Assembly (NCBI GenBank): GCA_963693015.1
Contig: OY843748.1
Location: 3,651,059 to 3,715,058, forward strand
Length of the DNA stretch: 64,000 nucleotides
From: a bacterium
Lineage (GTDB): Bacteria; JAAXHH01
Direction: 5' to 3'
Part shown: piece by piece, positions 30,340-40,800 of the stretch
Numbering within the stretch: position 1 is the stretch's first letter
Layout of the letters: each line of letters starts with the position of its first letter
Position numbers and translations under genes: made by a program
The notes under the pieces: generated by a model
What the model saw: the letters and a program-made list of their open reading frames with translations, nothing else
What the model was told of the DNA's origin: nothing
Databases searched by the model: none

Positions 30340-30792
30340 CTAGGACTGTTCTTTCTCTGTCCCCGGCATCAGGCTGTACTTGCCCGGTCCGGTAAACCAC
30401 AGGGCCACGTACACGGCCAGCAGTTCCATGGCGTGGGATGCGCCGCTGAAACCGGAACCCGGATTATCTTCGGGCAGCGTCAGGTGACGCAGCATGGCCA
30501 GGAGCATGGTAATCGCGAGCAGCGTCGTCGCGGGCCGGAAGAACGCGCCGAGGATCACCAGGATCGAGCAGACGAATTCCGCGAACCCGGCCATGAAGCC
30601 CCAGAACGCGGGGAGGAAGCTGATGCCGACCAGTTCCATGTTGCCGCCGATGGCGGCCCAGCGTTCGGGATTGGAGATCTTGCCCCAGCCGTGAAAGGCC
30701 GCCATGCTGAAGCCGATCACGATGCGGATGATGAGCAGACCGAGGTCGGTCATGCCGAGGTTTTTCGTGAGAAAGCACATGAGTCTGTTCAT
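30340..30792 (-). CDS. DoxX-family membrane protein
   Basis: LLIIRIVIGFSMAAFHGWGK and four TM helices. Confidence 0.7.
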   Translation of the reverse strand: MNRLMCFLTKNLGMTDLGLLIIRIVIGFSMAAFHGWGKISNPERWAAIGGNMELVGISFLPAFWGFMAGFAEFVCSILVILGAFFRPATTLLAITMLLAMLRHLTLPEDNPGSGFSGASHAMELLAVYVALWFTGPGKYSLMPGTEKEQS

Positions 30793-30887
30793 GTAGTTGT
30801 CCTCCCGGATCGGGTGAATTACCGTTCAACTGATTGTAATGGACACACGGGAACATGCACTGTTACACGAGACTGACGGACCCACCG

Positions 30888-31886
30888 TCACGTCCAGGTC
30901 ACCTCCCGCGCTTCGCCGCCGGGGCCGGCCTGCAGAATCGTATCCGCGACGGCGATGGCCTTGATCGCCTCGGTGCCCGGCGAAAGACACGTGACGTCTC
31001 CGCGCACGCAGGAGAGAAAATGCTCCGCCTGGTACGTGTACATGTCAGGTTCGGCCTTCGACTTGATCAGCGTCTGCTCACCCTCCCGGTCGGTGAAACA
31101 GCAGTACTGGTGGGGTTCCGCGTCTTCCGGTTCGGGCAAGTCTCCCGTCCCGAATTGAATAAAGCCCTTCGGTCCGACGATATCATGGAGGCCGTTGCCC
31201 CTTGCCGACCAGCTCCAGGACATGAGCAGCTGGCTGCCATTCCCGTACCGGACGACGGCGGAGCAGGTATCGAGCGCGGAAACCGCCGGATCGAGGTTGA
31301 TCGAGCTGGACAGGACGCGCTCGGGATCTCCGAAGAGGAAATTGGCGAAGTCGTAATTGTGCACGGCGCCGTCCATGAGCGGACCACCGCCGAGACTGTG
31401 GTCCATGAACCACCGGCCGGGGCCGAAACCGGCCATGGCGTTGCGCCAGAGCACGGGCGACCCCAGCTTGCCGGACGCGACATAGGCGCCCCAGGACTTC
31501 CAGTAAGGGTCGAAACGGCGGCAGTGGGCGACCATGAGTACGGTGTTGTTGCGGTCCGCTTCTTCGATCATGCGCCGGCATTCGTCCACCGTGCGGGCCA
31601 TGGGTTTCTCCACCAGCACGGGAATGCCCGCGGCCAGGGCGGTCAACGCCGCGGCGCAGTGGAGGCCCGTGGGGACCGCGATCACGACGGCGTCGACTTC
31701 CCCGCTGTTCACGATGGCTTCGGCGGAGTCGTAAACCCTGGTGCCGGGATAGGTACTCGCGAACTGCTCCCGCATCTCAGGCGACGGGTCGGCGCCCGCG
31801 ACCAGCTTGCAGCCTTCGACGCTGTTGAAGGTCCTGGCCTGATGCGACCCCATGCCGCCGACTCCAATGGAACCCACTCGGATCAT
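30888..31886 (-). CDS. Gfo/Idh/MocA-family NAD(P)-dependent oxidoreductase
   Basis: IRVGSIGVGGMG Rossmann start and the EKP motif (VLVEKPMA). Confidence 0.85.
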   Translation of the reverse strand: MIRVGSIGVGGMGSHQARTFNSVEGCKLVAGADPSPEMREQFASTYPGTRVYDSAEAIVNSGEVDAVVIAVPTGLHCAAALTALAAGIPVLVEKPMARTVDECRRMIEEADRNNTVLMVAHCRRFDPYWKSWGAYVASGKLGSPVLWRNAMAGFGPGRWFMDHSLGGGPLMDGAVHNYDFANFLFGDPERVLSSSINLDPAVSALDTCSAVVRYGNGSQLLMSWSWSARGNGLHDIVGPKGFIQFGTGDLPEPEDAEPHQYCCFTDREGEQTLIKSKAEPDMYTYQAEHFLSCVRGDVTCLSPGTEAIKAIAVADTILQAGPGGEAREVTWT

Positions 31887-32326
31887 GATCCGTCCTTTCG
31901 TGAAATGCCTGGAGGACTACCTGCGCGCTTGCGCTTGCCGCCGATCCGGATTCCACGGCGCAGGCCGTGATCGCCGGCAGGGCGTTTTTGTCGTGGTTGT
32001 AACATTGACGGGGAACTGCTTGTCCAAAACAGTAGATGAATTAACTTGCACTTTGTCAAGTTTTCATGCTTTCAAGTGCTCACGAAAAAGTGAATCATGC
32101 GCTGTTGTTCGCACCAGATTCACCCCCGAACAACAGGAGAGCAAGCCATGTCCAACGAACTGGAGATCCAGGAAGCGAACCTGGCCAAGCAAGAACTGTC
32201 AGACGACGAACGGTTGCAGTTCGACGTGCAGTTCGGTACCCGGCGGAAAGACCCGACCGTTGCCCTCGCGGCCAGGCAGCGCTGCGGTCCGCCTTTTCGC
32301 GAACCGGTTTCGAACCGAATGGCTGC

Positions 32327-32707
32327 CTACCAGGTTGCCGACGCCTTGGGATCCGGTCCGTACCGGTTTTCGCCCCTGGTTCCGTCCAGGATCAGGAACA
32401 CAAGGAGGACGATAACGCCCACGATTGGGATAAACGCGATCAGAACCCACCATCCGCTGCGGTCGGTGTCGTGCAGGCGCCGCACCGCAACGGCCAAACT
32501 GGGTAGGAATAACGCGATGCCGAGAAGCAGGGCCAATACCCCTATTTCGGCTTCTCCCGGTCTCCAGATCGATCCCAGCACCAAGTCGATCACTCCGGAG
32601 ATCAAGTACAAAACTAAGTAGAACAAAGCGAAGCACCAGTACTCCTTCCTCCTCGCCCTTCCGCTAAAAACCGCGTATTTCCTCAGAACTTCCACAAACC
32701 AGTGCAT
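32327..32707 (-). CDS. DUF805 (YhaH-like) inner-membrane protein
   Basis: RARRKEYW ... RRLHDTDRSGWW ... NRYGPDP are signature DUF805 motifs. Confidence 0.8.
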   Translation of the reverse strand: MHWFVEVLRKYAVFSGRARRKEYWCFALFYLVLYLISGVIDLVLGSIWRPGEAEIGVLALLLGIALFLPSLAVAVRRLHDTDRSGWWVLIAFIPIVGVIVLLVFLILDGTRGENRYGPDPKASATW

Positions 32708-32731
32708 GATGCCTCCTTGTTTATCCGAAGT

Positions 32732-33862
32732 TCACTGCCACAAGGGCTCCCCGTCTTCCATCTGCGACGCGAGAAACGCCTCGTTCAATTCCACGCCCAG
32801 CCCCGGCGCTTCCGTCAGGACCACGTGACCGTCCTGGATGACCGACTCCCCGGTTGCCAGTACGTCGTCCCAGGTCGGATCGTCGAAGCGGTGGTACTCC
32901 AGGACCAGAAAATTCGGCACGCTCGCGCAGACGTGGGCGTCCCCCACCGTGCTCAGCGCGCTGGAGTTGTTGTGCGGCGCGAAGGGCACGTAGTACATCT
33001 CGGCCATGTTGGCGATCTTGCGGCACTCCGACAGGCCGCCGCATTTCGAGATGTCCGGCATGATGACGTCGGCGGCCTGCTGCTGAAGCAGGTCCCGGAA
33101 TCCGTGGCGCAGATAGAGGTTCTCGCCGACGCAGATCGGCGTGCCCGTGGCATGGGTGATCTTCGCCAGGGCATCGATGTTCTCCGGCGGAACCGGTTCC
33201 TCGAGCCACAGGAGGTTCAGTGGTTCGAACTCCTGGGCCATTTTCATCCCGGCCGTCGCGTCGTACCGGCCGTGCAGGTCGATGGCCAGGTCGAGGGACG
33301 GACCGATCCCCTCCCGGATCGCGAAGGCTTCGTCCACCAGGGACCTGAGTTCGTCGGGCGTCACCGACCAGTTCCACGGGTCCAGCTTGTGGGGATTCTC
33401 CGCGTCGTCGAGGTCGAACTTGATCGCCGTGAATCCCCGCTCTCTCACCTCGGCCGCCCGCTCGTCGTAATCGGAATGGGCGCTGTCCACGTACAGCCGG
33501 ACCCGGTCCCGGAACTTGCCGCCAAGCAGTCGGTAGACCGGGAGCCCCTGCGCCTTGCCGGCGAGGTCCCAGAGGGCGACCTCGATGCCGGTAAGGGCCG
33601 AAATGGCCGTGCCTCCCGCGCCGCCCATGAAGATGTACCTTCGACGGATGAGTTCGAAACAGGCGTCCACGTCGCGGGGGTCCATGCCGATGATCATCTT
33701 CGCCATGTGCCGGGTCGACTCCCGCCATCCGCCGTCGACGTGACTGGCTTCCCCGGTGCCGTAAACCCCTTCGTCCGTGTATACGCGGACGTAATGGTAC
33801 CGGTAGGTGGTATTTCCGGATTTCACGGGAACGTCAGCGGTCTTTATGTCGGTGATCTTCAT
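32732..33862 (-). CDS. enolase-superfamily dehydratase (MR/MLE family), third paralogue
   Basis: MKITDIKTADVPV N-terminus and ...LWLEEP... barrel motifs. Confidence 0.8.
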   Translation of the reverse strand: MKITDIKTADVPVKSGNTTYRYHYVRVYTDEGVYGTGEASHVDGGWRESTRHMAKMIIGMDPRDVDACFELIRRRYIFMGGAGGTAISALTGIEVALWDLAGKAQGLPVYRLLGGKFRDRVRLYVDSAHSDYDERAAEVRERGFTAIKFDLDDAENPHKLDPWNWSVTPDELRSLVDEAFAIREGIGPSLDLAIDLHGRYDATAGMKMAQEFEPLNLLWLEEPVPPENIDALAKITHATGTPICVGENLYLRHGFRDLLQQQAADVIMPDISKCGGLSECRKIANMAEMYYVPFAPHNNSSALSTVGDAHVCASVPNFLVLEYHRFDDPTWDDVLATGESVIQDGHVVLTEAPGLGVELNEAFLASQMEDGEPLWQ

Positions 33863-34021
33863 TCGGGCTCCTGTCTGGTTTCGAATCGATCGCGGTTACG
33901 TTTCACTATACGCGGTTGCGATATCCTGCGCGGCTGCGATATCCTGCTCCCGTTGCGATACCCTGCGCGGTTGCGCGTCCGCGGCGACGAGCCCGCTGCT
34001 TCCGGCTTCCCGCGTCCCTGC

Positions 34022-36142
34022 TCAGTCACCAATCCGGACCGCCTTCAGGCGGTTATTGTAGTGATCGCTGACGAGCAGCACGTCATCCCCGTAAAAGCAA
34101 AGGCCGTGGGGTTCGTTCAGCGGCGCCTCCCGCGCATCCACCGGCTGGTCGCGGTCGCCGTAATCGCCGCTGCCGACGACCGTTTCCAGCCGGCCGTCTT
34201 CAGCGATGCGCCGCACCCGGTTGTTGCCCGAATCGGAAAAGTACAGGCGGCCCCTTTCGTCCAGGGCGAGGCCCCGGGGGGTGGAAATCGCGGCCTGCGA
34301 GGCCCTTGCACCGTCCGGGGAGCAGCCCTCTTCTCCGGTCCCGGCCACGGTGGTGATCAGCCCGTTGTCGCCGTCCACCCGGCGGATGACGTGATAGCGA
34401 TCGTCCGCGAAGTAGAGGTGGCCCGAACCGTCGACCCGAATGGCCGTGGGCGAGCCGATCCGCGCCTGGGTCGCCGGCCCTCCGTCGCCCGAATAACCCG
34501 GCAGTCCGATGCCGGCGACCGTGTCGATGATGCCGGTCTCCGCGTCGATCTTCCGGATGCGCCCGCATCCTGCGTCTCCGATATACACGTCGTCGCCAGG
34601 TCCGTGGGCGACCGAGAGGACGTGCATCAGGCACGCGCTCAGCGCCGGCCCCCCGTCGCCCTTGTCCCACTGGAAGGCCGCGCCCGCTATGTTATGGATG
34701 ACGCCCCGGCCGTCCACCCGCCGCACGTGACCGTGCCGCGTATCGGCGATGACCACCCGCCCGGCGCGGTCCACGGACACGTCGTGGGGGTTGCCCAGGT
34801 GGGCGTCGACGGCCGGCCCGCCGTCGCCGCCGTATGCCCGGGCGCCGGAACCGGCGATCGTGCCGATCAGGCCGGTATCGGGATCGATCGCCCGTATGCG
34901 CTGGTTCCACACGTCGGCGATAAGGATCGTGCCGTCGGGGCCGACCGACAATCCACCGGGTCCGTTCAGGAACCCCGCCTCGGCGGTCTCGCCGTCGTGC
35001 ACGCTCGTCCCGCCGAGGACCGTGGTAACGATCCCCGTACCGCCGTCGCATCGCCGGAGCCTGCCGGAGCAGTCGCCCCAGAACACCGTGCCGTCCGGGT
35101 CGGCGCAGATCCCCGCCTCCACGGAATTGCACCGCGTGACGACGCCGGGCAGTCCTTCCTCGCCGAAACCGGGCTCGCCCGTGCCGACCAGCGTCTGCAC
35201 GATGCCCGTTTCCCGCACCACCTTGCGCACCCGGAAGCCGTACTTCTCGCCGACGTAGAGATTGTCGCGGGCGTCCAGGCAGATGGCGTCCGGCATGAGC
35301 GTGCTCGCCTCGACGGCCGGCCCGCCGTCGCCGTTGGAGGCGCGCTGCCCGTTGCCCAACACCGTGTCGATGATTCCGGTCCGCATGTCGATCCTGCGGA
35401 CGCGGTCGTTGGAATTGTCGCACACGTACAGGTCGCCCCGCGAATCGAAGGCCAGGTGCTCCGGGTGGTAGAATCCCGCGTCGCGGGCCGGCCCGCCGTC
35501 GCCGTGGTAGCCGCCCAGGCTCAGTCCCCGGCCCGAGTACGGCCGGCTGGCCCCCCGCTCGGAGGGATAGTGCCGGGCGTGATGGCCGAAGACGGTCTCG
35601 ACGATCCCGGTCTTTGCGTCGATGCGCCGGATGTTGTTGGTCCACTCGCTGGAAAGGTACACGTCGCCGTCCCGGTCCACGGCCACGCCGCAGGTGCAGT
35701 CCAACTCCGCGTCGAGCGCCGGTCCGCCGTCGCCGCCCCGGCCGACGCGTCCGTTCCCGGCCACGCGGGTGACGACGCCGGTCTCGTAGTCGATGCGGCG
35801 GATGGTGAAGTTGCCCAGATCGGAAAGGTACAGGTTGCCGTGCCGGTCCTGGTACAGATCATGGGGGTGGCGGAACCTTGCTTCGGCGGCCGGCCCGCCG
35901 TCGCCCGAGTCGCCCGCGATCCCGTCGCCGGCAAAGGCGTGGAGGATCCCATCGCGATCGATCCGCCAGATGCGATGCCACTGGTAGTCGATCACGACCA
36001 GGTCGCCGTCGGGCCGGCGCACCACGCCCATGGGCCACCCGGCGTCGGCCTCCCGCGCGGGGATCCCATCGCGCTGGCCCACGCCGGCAATCACCAGGGC
36101 TTCTCCGAAGGGCAGGCTATTCAGTTTTTCGATGATGCGCAT
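34022..36142 (-). CDS. NHL-repeat protein (about 12 repeats, tandem six-bladed beta-propellers)
   Basis: Recurrent ...G.GxRxxxGDGGPAxxAxLxxPxGVAVDxxGNLYIAD... units about 55 aa apart. Confidence 0.7.
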   Translation of the reverse strand: MRIIEKLNSLPFGEALVIAGVGQRDGIPAREADAGWPMGVVRRPDGDLVVIDYQWHRIWRIDRDGILHAFAGDGIAGDSGDGGPAAEARFRHPHDLYQDRHGNLYLSDLGNFTIRRIDYETGVVTRVAGNGRVGRGGDGGPALDAELDCTCGVAVDRDGDVYLSSEWTNNIRRIDAKTGIVETVFGHHARHYPSERGASRPYSGRGLSLGGYHGDGGPARDAGFYHPEHLAFDSRGDLYVCDNSNDRVRRIDMRTGIIDTVLGNGQRASNGDGGPAVEASTLMPDAICLDARDNLYVGEKYGFRVRKVVRETGIVQTLVGTGEPGFGEEGLPGVVTRCNSVEAGICADPDGTVFWGDCSGRLRRCDGGTGIVTTVLGGTSVHDGETAEAGFLNGPGGLSVGPDGTILIADVWNQRIRAIDPDTGLIGTIAGSGARAYGGDGGPAVDAHLGNPHDVSVDRAGRVVIADTRHGHVRRVDGRGVIHNIAGAAFQWDKGDGGPALSACLMHVLSVAHGPGDDVYIGDAGCGRIRKIDAETGIIDTVAGIGLPGYSGDGGPATQARIGSPTAIRVDGSGHLYFADDRYHVIRRVDGDNGLITTVAGTGEEGCSPDGARASQAAISTPRGLALDERGRLYFSDSGNNRVRRIAEDGRLETVVGSGDYGDRDQPVDAREAPLNEPHGLCFYGDDVLLVSDHYNNRLKAVRIGD

Positions 36143-36411
36143 GCGTGAAGGGAGTACTCCGGCGCTTGACCTGCGTACCTGAGCGGCGGACGAGAGAGAG
36201 CCGCCGATCGCGTATACTCGTCCCGCGTATACGCATCCCGGGCAAATGAACGTGTAAGACGACGGTGTCGGCAGGCGGCCGACGAGTAGAGATGGTACAG
36301 GTTCCCCCCATGGTTTGCAACCGTTAAATGCAATTTGACAGCCGCTTCCCGACCGGTTAACATACCTCGCCGCACGGACGGTTTCGTACGCTCCCCAATG
36401 TCCCCGATCCG

Positions 36412-37650
36412 ATGGAGAAGGCCTTCCTCATGAACTACAACTTCGATCAGCGTATCAATCGCAACGGAACCAATTCGTACAAGTGGGATTACGTGAAACG
36501 GGACGGGGCCGTCGTTCCGTGGGACGAGACCGACGCCAGGCGCCACGAGAAACCCGTGCTTCCGCTCTGGGTGGCGGACATGGACTTTCCGTGCCCGCGG
36601 CCGGTGGTCGACGCGGTGACCGAAATCGCCCGCATGGGCGTTTACGGATACGCCTTCCCGCCGCCCTCCTATTACGATTCCGTGGTGCGGTGGATGAAGC
36701 GGCGCCACGGCTGGACCGTCGATCCCGACACCATCTGCTTCACCCCCGGCATCGTACCCGCCCTGCACATGCTGGTTTCGGCCTATACGAAGCCGGGCGA
36801 CAGGGTGCTGGTCCAGCCCCCGGTGTACTACCCCTTCTTCAACGCCATCGAGAACCTGCAGACGCGCCCGGCGCTGAATCCGCTGCGCTATGAGAACGGC
36901 CGGTACTACATGGATTTCGACGACCTGGAAGCCCAATGCGCCGATCCCGAGGTGAAACTGGCCATCCTGTGCAGCCCGCACAACCCCGTCGGCCGGGTCT
37001 GGTCAGCCGATGAACTGCGCCGTTTCGGCCGGATCTGCATGGACAACGACGTGCTGGTCGTCTCCGATGAAATCCACTGCGACCTGATCCTCGGGGACCA
37101 CACCTTTACGGCCTACGCCACGCTGGGGCCGGAATACGAGGAACGGTCGATCATCTGCACCTCCCCCAGCAAGACCTTCAACCTCGCCGCGCTGCAGGCG
37201 TCGAACATGATGATCCCGGACGCCGATTTGCGGGAGACCTTTCAGCATACCGTCCGCAGCGCCGGCATCTTCACGCTGAACCCCTTCGGCATCGCCGCCG
37301 TCGAAGCCGCCTACGATCACGGCGAGGAATGGCTGGAGCAGTTGCTGGCCTACCTGGAGGGGAATTTCCGGTTTCTCGAGTCCTTCTTCCGCGAGCGCCT
37401 GCCCCGGATAAAGGTCATCGAAACCGAGGGCACCTATCTCGTCTGGGTGGATTTCACGAGCCTGGGCCTGGACAAGGACGCCCTCCAGCGCCTGATGATG
37501 GAGGAGGCGCGCGTCTTCCTCGACGAGGGGTACATCTTCGGCGCGGAGGGCGAGGGCTTCGAGCGGATCAACATCGCCTGCCCCCGGTCGGTCCTCGCCG
37601 AGGCGCTGGAGCGGATCGAGAGGGCGGTGAATGGGCTGAATTCTACATAA
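36412..37650 (+). CDS. MalY/PatB-type PLP-dependent C-S lyase (cystathionine beta-lyase family)
   Basis: NRNGTNSYKWD start motif, SPSKTFNLAALQ PLP-lysine region, and the C-terminal CPRSVLEEALERI typical of PatB/MalY. Confidence 0.8.
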   Translation: MEKAFLMNYNFDQRINRNGTNSYKWDYVKRDGAVVPWDETDARRHEKPVLPLWVADMDFPCPRPVVDAVTEIARMGVYGYAFPPPSYYDSVVRWMKRRHGWTVDPDTICFTPGIVPALHMLVSAYTKPGDRVLVQPPVYYPFFNAIENLQTRPALNPLRYENGRYYMDFDDLEAQCADPEVKLAILCSPHNPVGRVWSADELRRFGRICMDNDVLVVSDEIHCDLILGDHTFTAYATLGPEYEERSIICTSPSKTFNLAALQASNMMIPDADLRETFQHTVRSAGIFTLNPFGIAAVEAAYDHGEEWLEQLLAYLEGNFRFLESFFRERLPRIKVIETEGTYLVWVDFTSLGLDKDALQRLMMEEARVFLDEGYIFGAEGEGFERINIACPRSVLAEALERIERAVNGLNST

Positions 37651-37835
37651 ATGTCCTCTGATGGCCGCCTGAACACCAAGTTGAAGTTCACGTGAGATAA
37701 TACATACCTGATAAACGACGCATTGACATCAAGTAAATCGATACCCAACCGACATGGTAGCAATCCGGCCTACTCCAACCTCTACCGTTTCTATTACTTA
37801 CACCACTTCCATCTGAACCACAGCAGGTAGTCGAA

Positions 37836-40800
37836 ATGCCGAATCACCCATTTAAGTTCAGCAACATACGCCAATGGCGCGGGTCACAGGATCAAGCGTT
37901 CGAGGAACTGTGTTATCAACTACGTGATCCAACGCCTGATAACGCCGAATTGGTCAAGACAGGGAATCCGGACGGTGGTCTGGAGTGGTATGTCACTCTG
38001 AGTAATGGAGTACAGTGGGGATGGCAGGCGAAGTTCATATTCAAAATTGACATGCTTCTTCAACACATGAAGAAATCGCTTGAGACTGTTGTTCAAAAGC
38101 GACCGAAGTGTCGTAGACTGACTTTCTGTATTCCCTTTGATCTCCCAGACGCTCCAGGAGTTAACGAGCGCAAATCAGCCAGGCAGAAATACAAGGATGC
38201 GAAGGAGCGGTGGCGTGAACGAATCCCAGGCGCTGATCGAGTCCGGATTGAACTGTGGTCGGAGGGTGATCTTTTACAGCGACTTGTCCGTAATCCGGCA
38301 CATCGAGGTATTTCATGGTTCTTCTGGGATGAAGAGGTGTTTTCCCCCGAGTGGTGTAAGCAACGCCATTTGAAGGCTGTCAATTCAGCTGGACCGCGCT
38401 ATAGTCCTGAATTGCACATTGATCTACCAGTATCATTTGCGTTTGAGGGTCTTGCACAAACCGAAGACTTTTGGGAAAGATACCGCGCTCGTCGAAATGC
38501 CGTGCTAACTGCCACAGATGATATCAACGTTTCGGGTTACACGGGTATTGGCGTCACGGGAGAGTTAAGGACACTTGTTCAATGTCTTAAAGAGTGGAGA
38601 TTCAAGGTCCCGGAAAGGGTGGGGCTACCGACACGGCTGGACCGGAATTTGTTGGTGGATCTGACGATCACCTGTCTCAAATCCGCCAATGACGCATTTC
38701 CGCAAGATCGCCCTCGTCCAAAACGAAGCGCGGCAACAAAGAAACAAATCCACAACAACGAACGCCGTAATCGACTGAAGCGTTATCTCCACGATTTGCT
38801 CGCTGCCCTGCAAGACTTTGACGATCTGTTACTGAGTAACGCGGCGAAGGCAGCAGACGCCGGATTGATACTTCTTTCGGGGGAGGCTGGACAGGGAAAG
38901 ACACATCTTTATTGTGACGTCAGCAGACGTGCGATCGAAAATGATCAACCAGCCATTCTGATCTTCGGCGGACGCATGTCCGGAAGGCACGTTTGGTCGG
39001 AAGTCGCCGAGCAGCTTGGTCTTGAGCAAGTCGGCTCGGAGTACTTACTAGGTGCGATGCAGGCGGCAGCCGAAGCCTCGAATTCACCGTTTTTGTTGTT
39101 AATCGATGCATTGAACGAGGCCGCTGATCCACACGCTTGGCGAGAGGAACTTCCCGCGCTACTTTCCGAAGTTGATCAGAATCCATGGATTTCGGTTGGT
39201 ATTTCAGTAAGGTCGTCCTACCGTCGGATTGTGCTCCCAGATTCGGGACTTACCGACGTTGCTGAAATCGAACACACTGGATTCAGGGAGCGCGAGATAG
39301 AGGCATCAGAGGTGTTTTTCAGCGCCTTCGAACTTGAGCTGCCGAGAACCCCGAGACTCGAACCTGAGTTTACGAATCCACTGTTTCTAAAGCTCTACTG
39401 TGAAAGTCTGAAAGGTCTGGGTCTAAGCGCTCCACAGGTCGGCGGGGCGCACATGAGTGAGGTTTTCGATTGGTATCTGGAGTGTAAGGAAAGCCAAATT
39501 GTGTCCCGGTTAAAACTCGATCCGGCATCCAGACCTGTAAAGGCTGCGATCAACGCATTTAGCGAAGCGCTTGCGAAAGATAACCGCGACTATCTCGCAC
39601 GCGACCGGTGCGAACAGATAATCAATGGAATCGCTCCCCAACTGTACGAATGGCCAAATACGTTATTCGGGCAATTGCTAAGCGAGGACGTACTAACCAA
39701 AGATGTAACCTGGAAAGGTGAGGAAGCGGTTCGATTTACGTATCAGCGTTTTTCCGACTATAGGGTAGTTTCTACACTCCTAAAGCCATATAACCGTGAT
39801 CAGATTCGTTTAAGGCAAGCATTAAAACCTAGAAATCGCTTAAGAAATCGGGTTTTGAAGGTGCCGCCAGGATGGATCGAGGCGTTGTCCGTACAACTAC
39901 CCGAGCGGTTTAATATCGAACTGTTGGATGCTGCCCGCTGGCACCTCAGATCGTACACTCGTTACCAATGGGATGAAGCGTTCGTACAGAGCATCTCTGT
40001 GCGTCGCCCTTCTGCCGTAACAGAAAGAACTCGTGAAGTGCTCAGTCAAGTACACCGACGCTCTGGACTCAATGAACTCGTGCTCGAAACGGTTCTGACG
40101 GTAGCGCCACAGCCGGAACACCTTCTGAATGCGAAAGCGTTACACAGATGGCTTAAGAGACTGCCAATGCCAACGCGTGACGTGGTTTGGAGTATACCTA
40201 CTTACTTCGAATTTAACCGTGGCGGGGCGCTTGACCGCCTGATTCGTTGGTCGGCCCGGGGACCATACCCGGATTGTCCGGACGAGGCGGTTGAATTGGC
40301 CGCGATTCCTTTGATCTGGACCTTCACGTCGCCAAACCGACGAATGCGGGACTACGTTACCAAATGCCTTTCGTCGCTTCTTTCTGAACGGTTGTCAGTA
40401 CTCCCAGCGCTAATACGGAAATTCGATGGCTGTAACGATCCCTATGTCGTCGAAAGACTTGCCGTGGTCTCTCATGGTGCCGTTCTGAGCGGAGGCATCT
40501 GTAATCCCCAAGCGGCCGTTTCTATAGCTGTAGGACTGAAGAAAGTCGCGTTTGCTGAAGACCAGATCCCCAACATTATCACCAGAGATGCAGTACGAGG
40601 TGTTTACGAATGGTGCATACAACACGGTCTGATTGACGACGCCCAGTATACCTCCGTACAGCCGCCCTATGGATCCGCGCCTCCCAAGACTCCACGTACC
40701 AAGGAACAGCTTGAACGTCAGTACGATCAACAGAGGTATGTAGGTGTGACAGCGAGGTGGCCGTACTCACGGGTTTTCAACTCAGTCTTTTCAGATGACT

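Noticed and set aside
32097-32621. 174-aa plus-strand ORF. Its first about 60 codons (MSNELEIQEANLAKQELSDDERLQFDVQFGTRRKDPTVALAA) look protein-like and lie upstream of the minus-strand DUF805 gene.
   Set aside because: Two thirds of it is antisense to the strongly supported DUF805 gene (RRLHDTDRSGWW, NRYGPDP). There is no in-frame stop before that overlap, so at best a short N-terminal fragment could be real. I see no family match.
32702-36148. 1148-aa open frame on the plus strand.
   Set aside because: It is antisense to two well-supported minus-strand genes: an enolase-superfamily dehydratase (MKITDIKT start) and the NHL-repeat protein. Long antisense ORFs are expected at this GC content. 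Its composition is Arg/Gly/Pro/Ala-rich and non-protein-like.
36121-36981. 286-aa minus-strand ORF overlapping the start of the MalY/PatB lyase gene.
   Set aside because: Arg/His/Gly-rich composition with no motifs. The plus-strand gene has clear PLP C-S lyase signatures.
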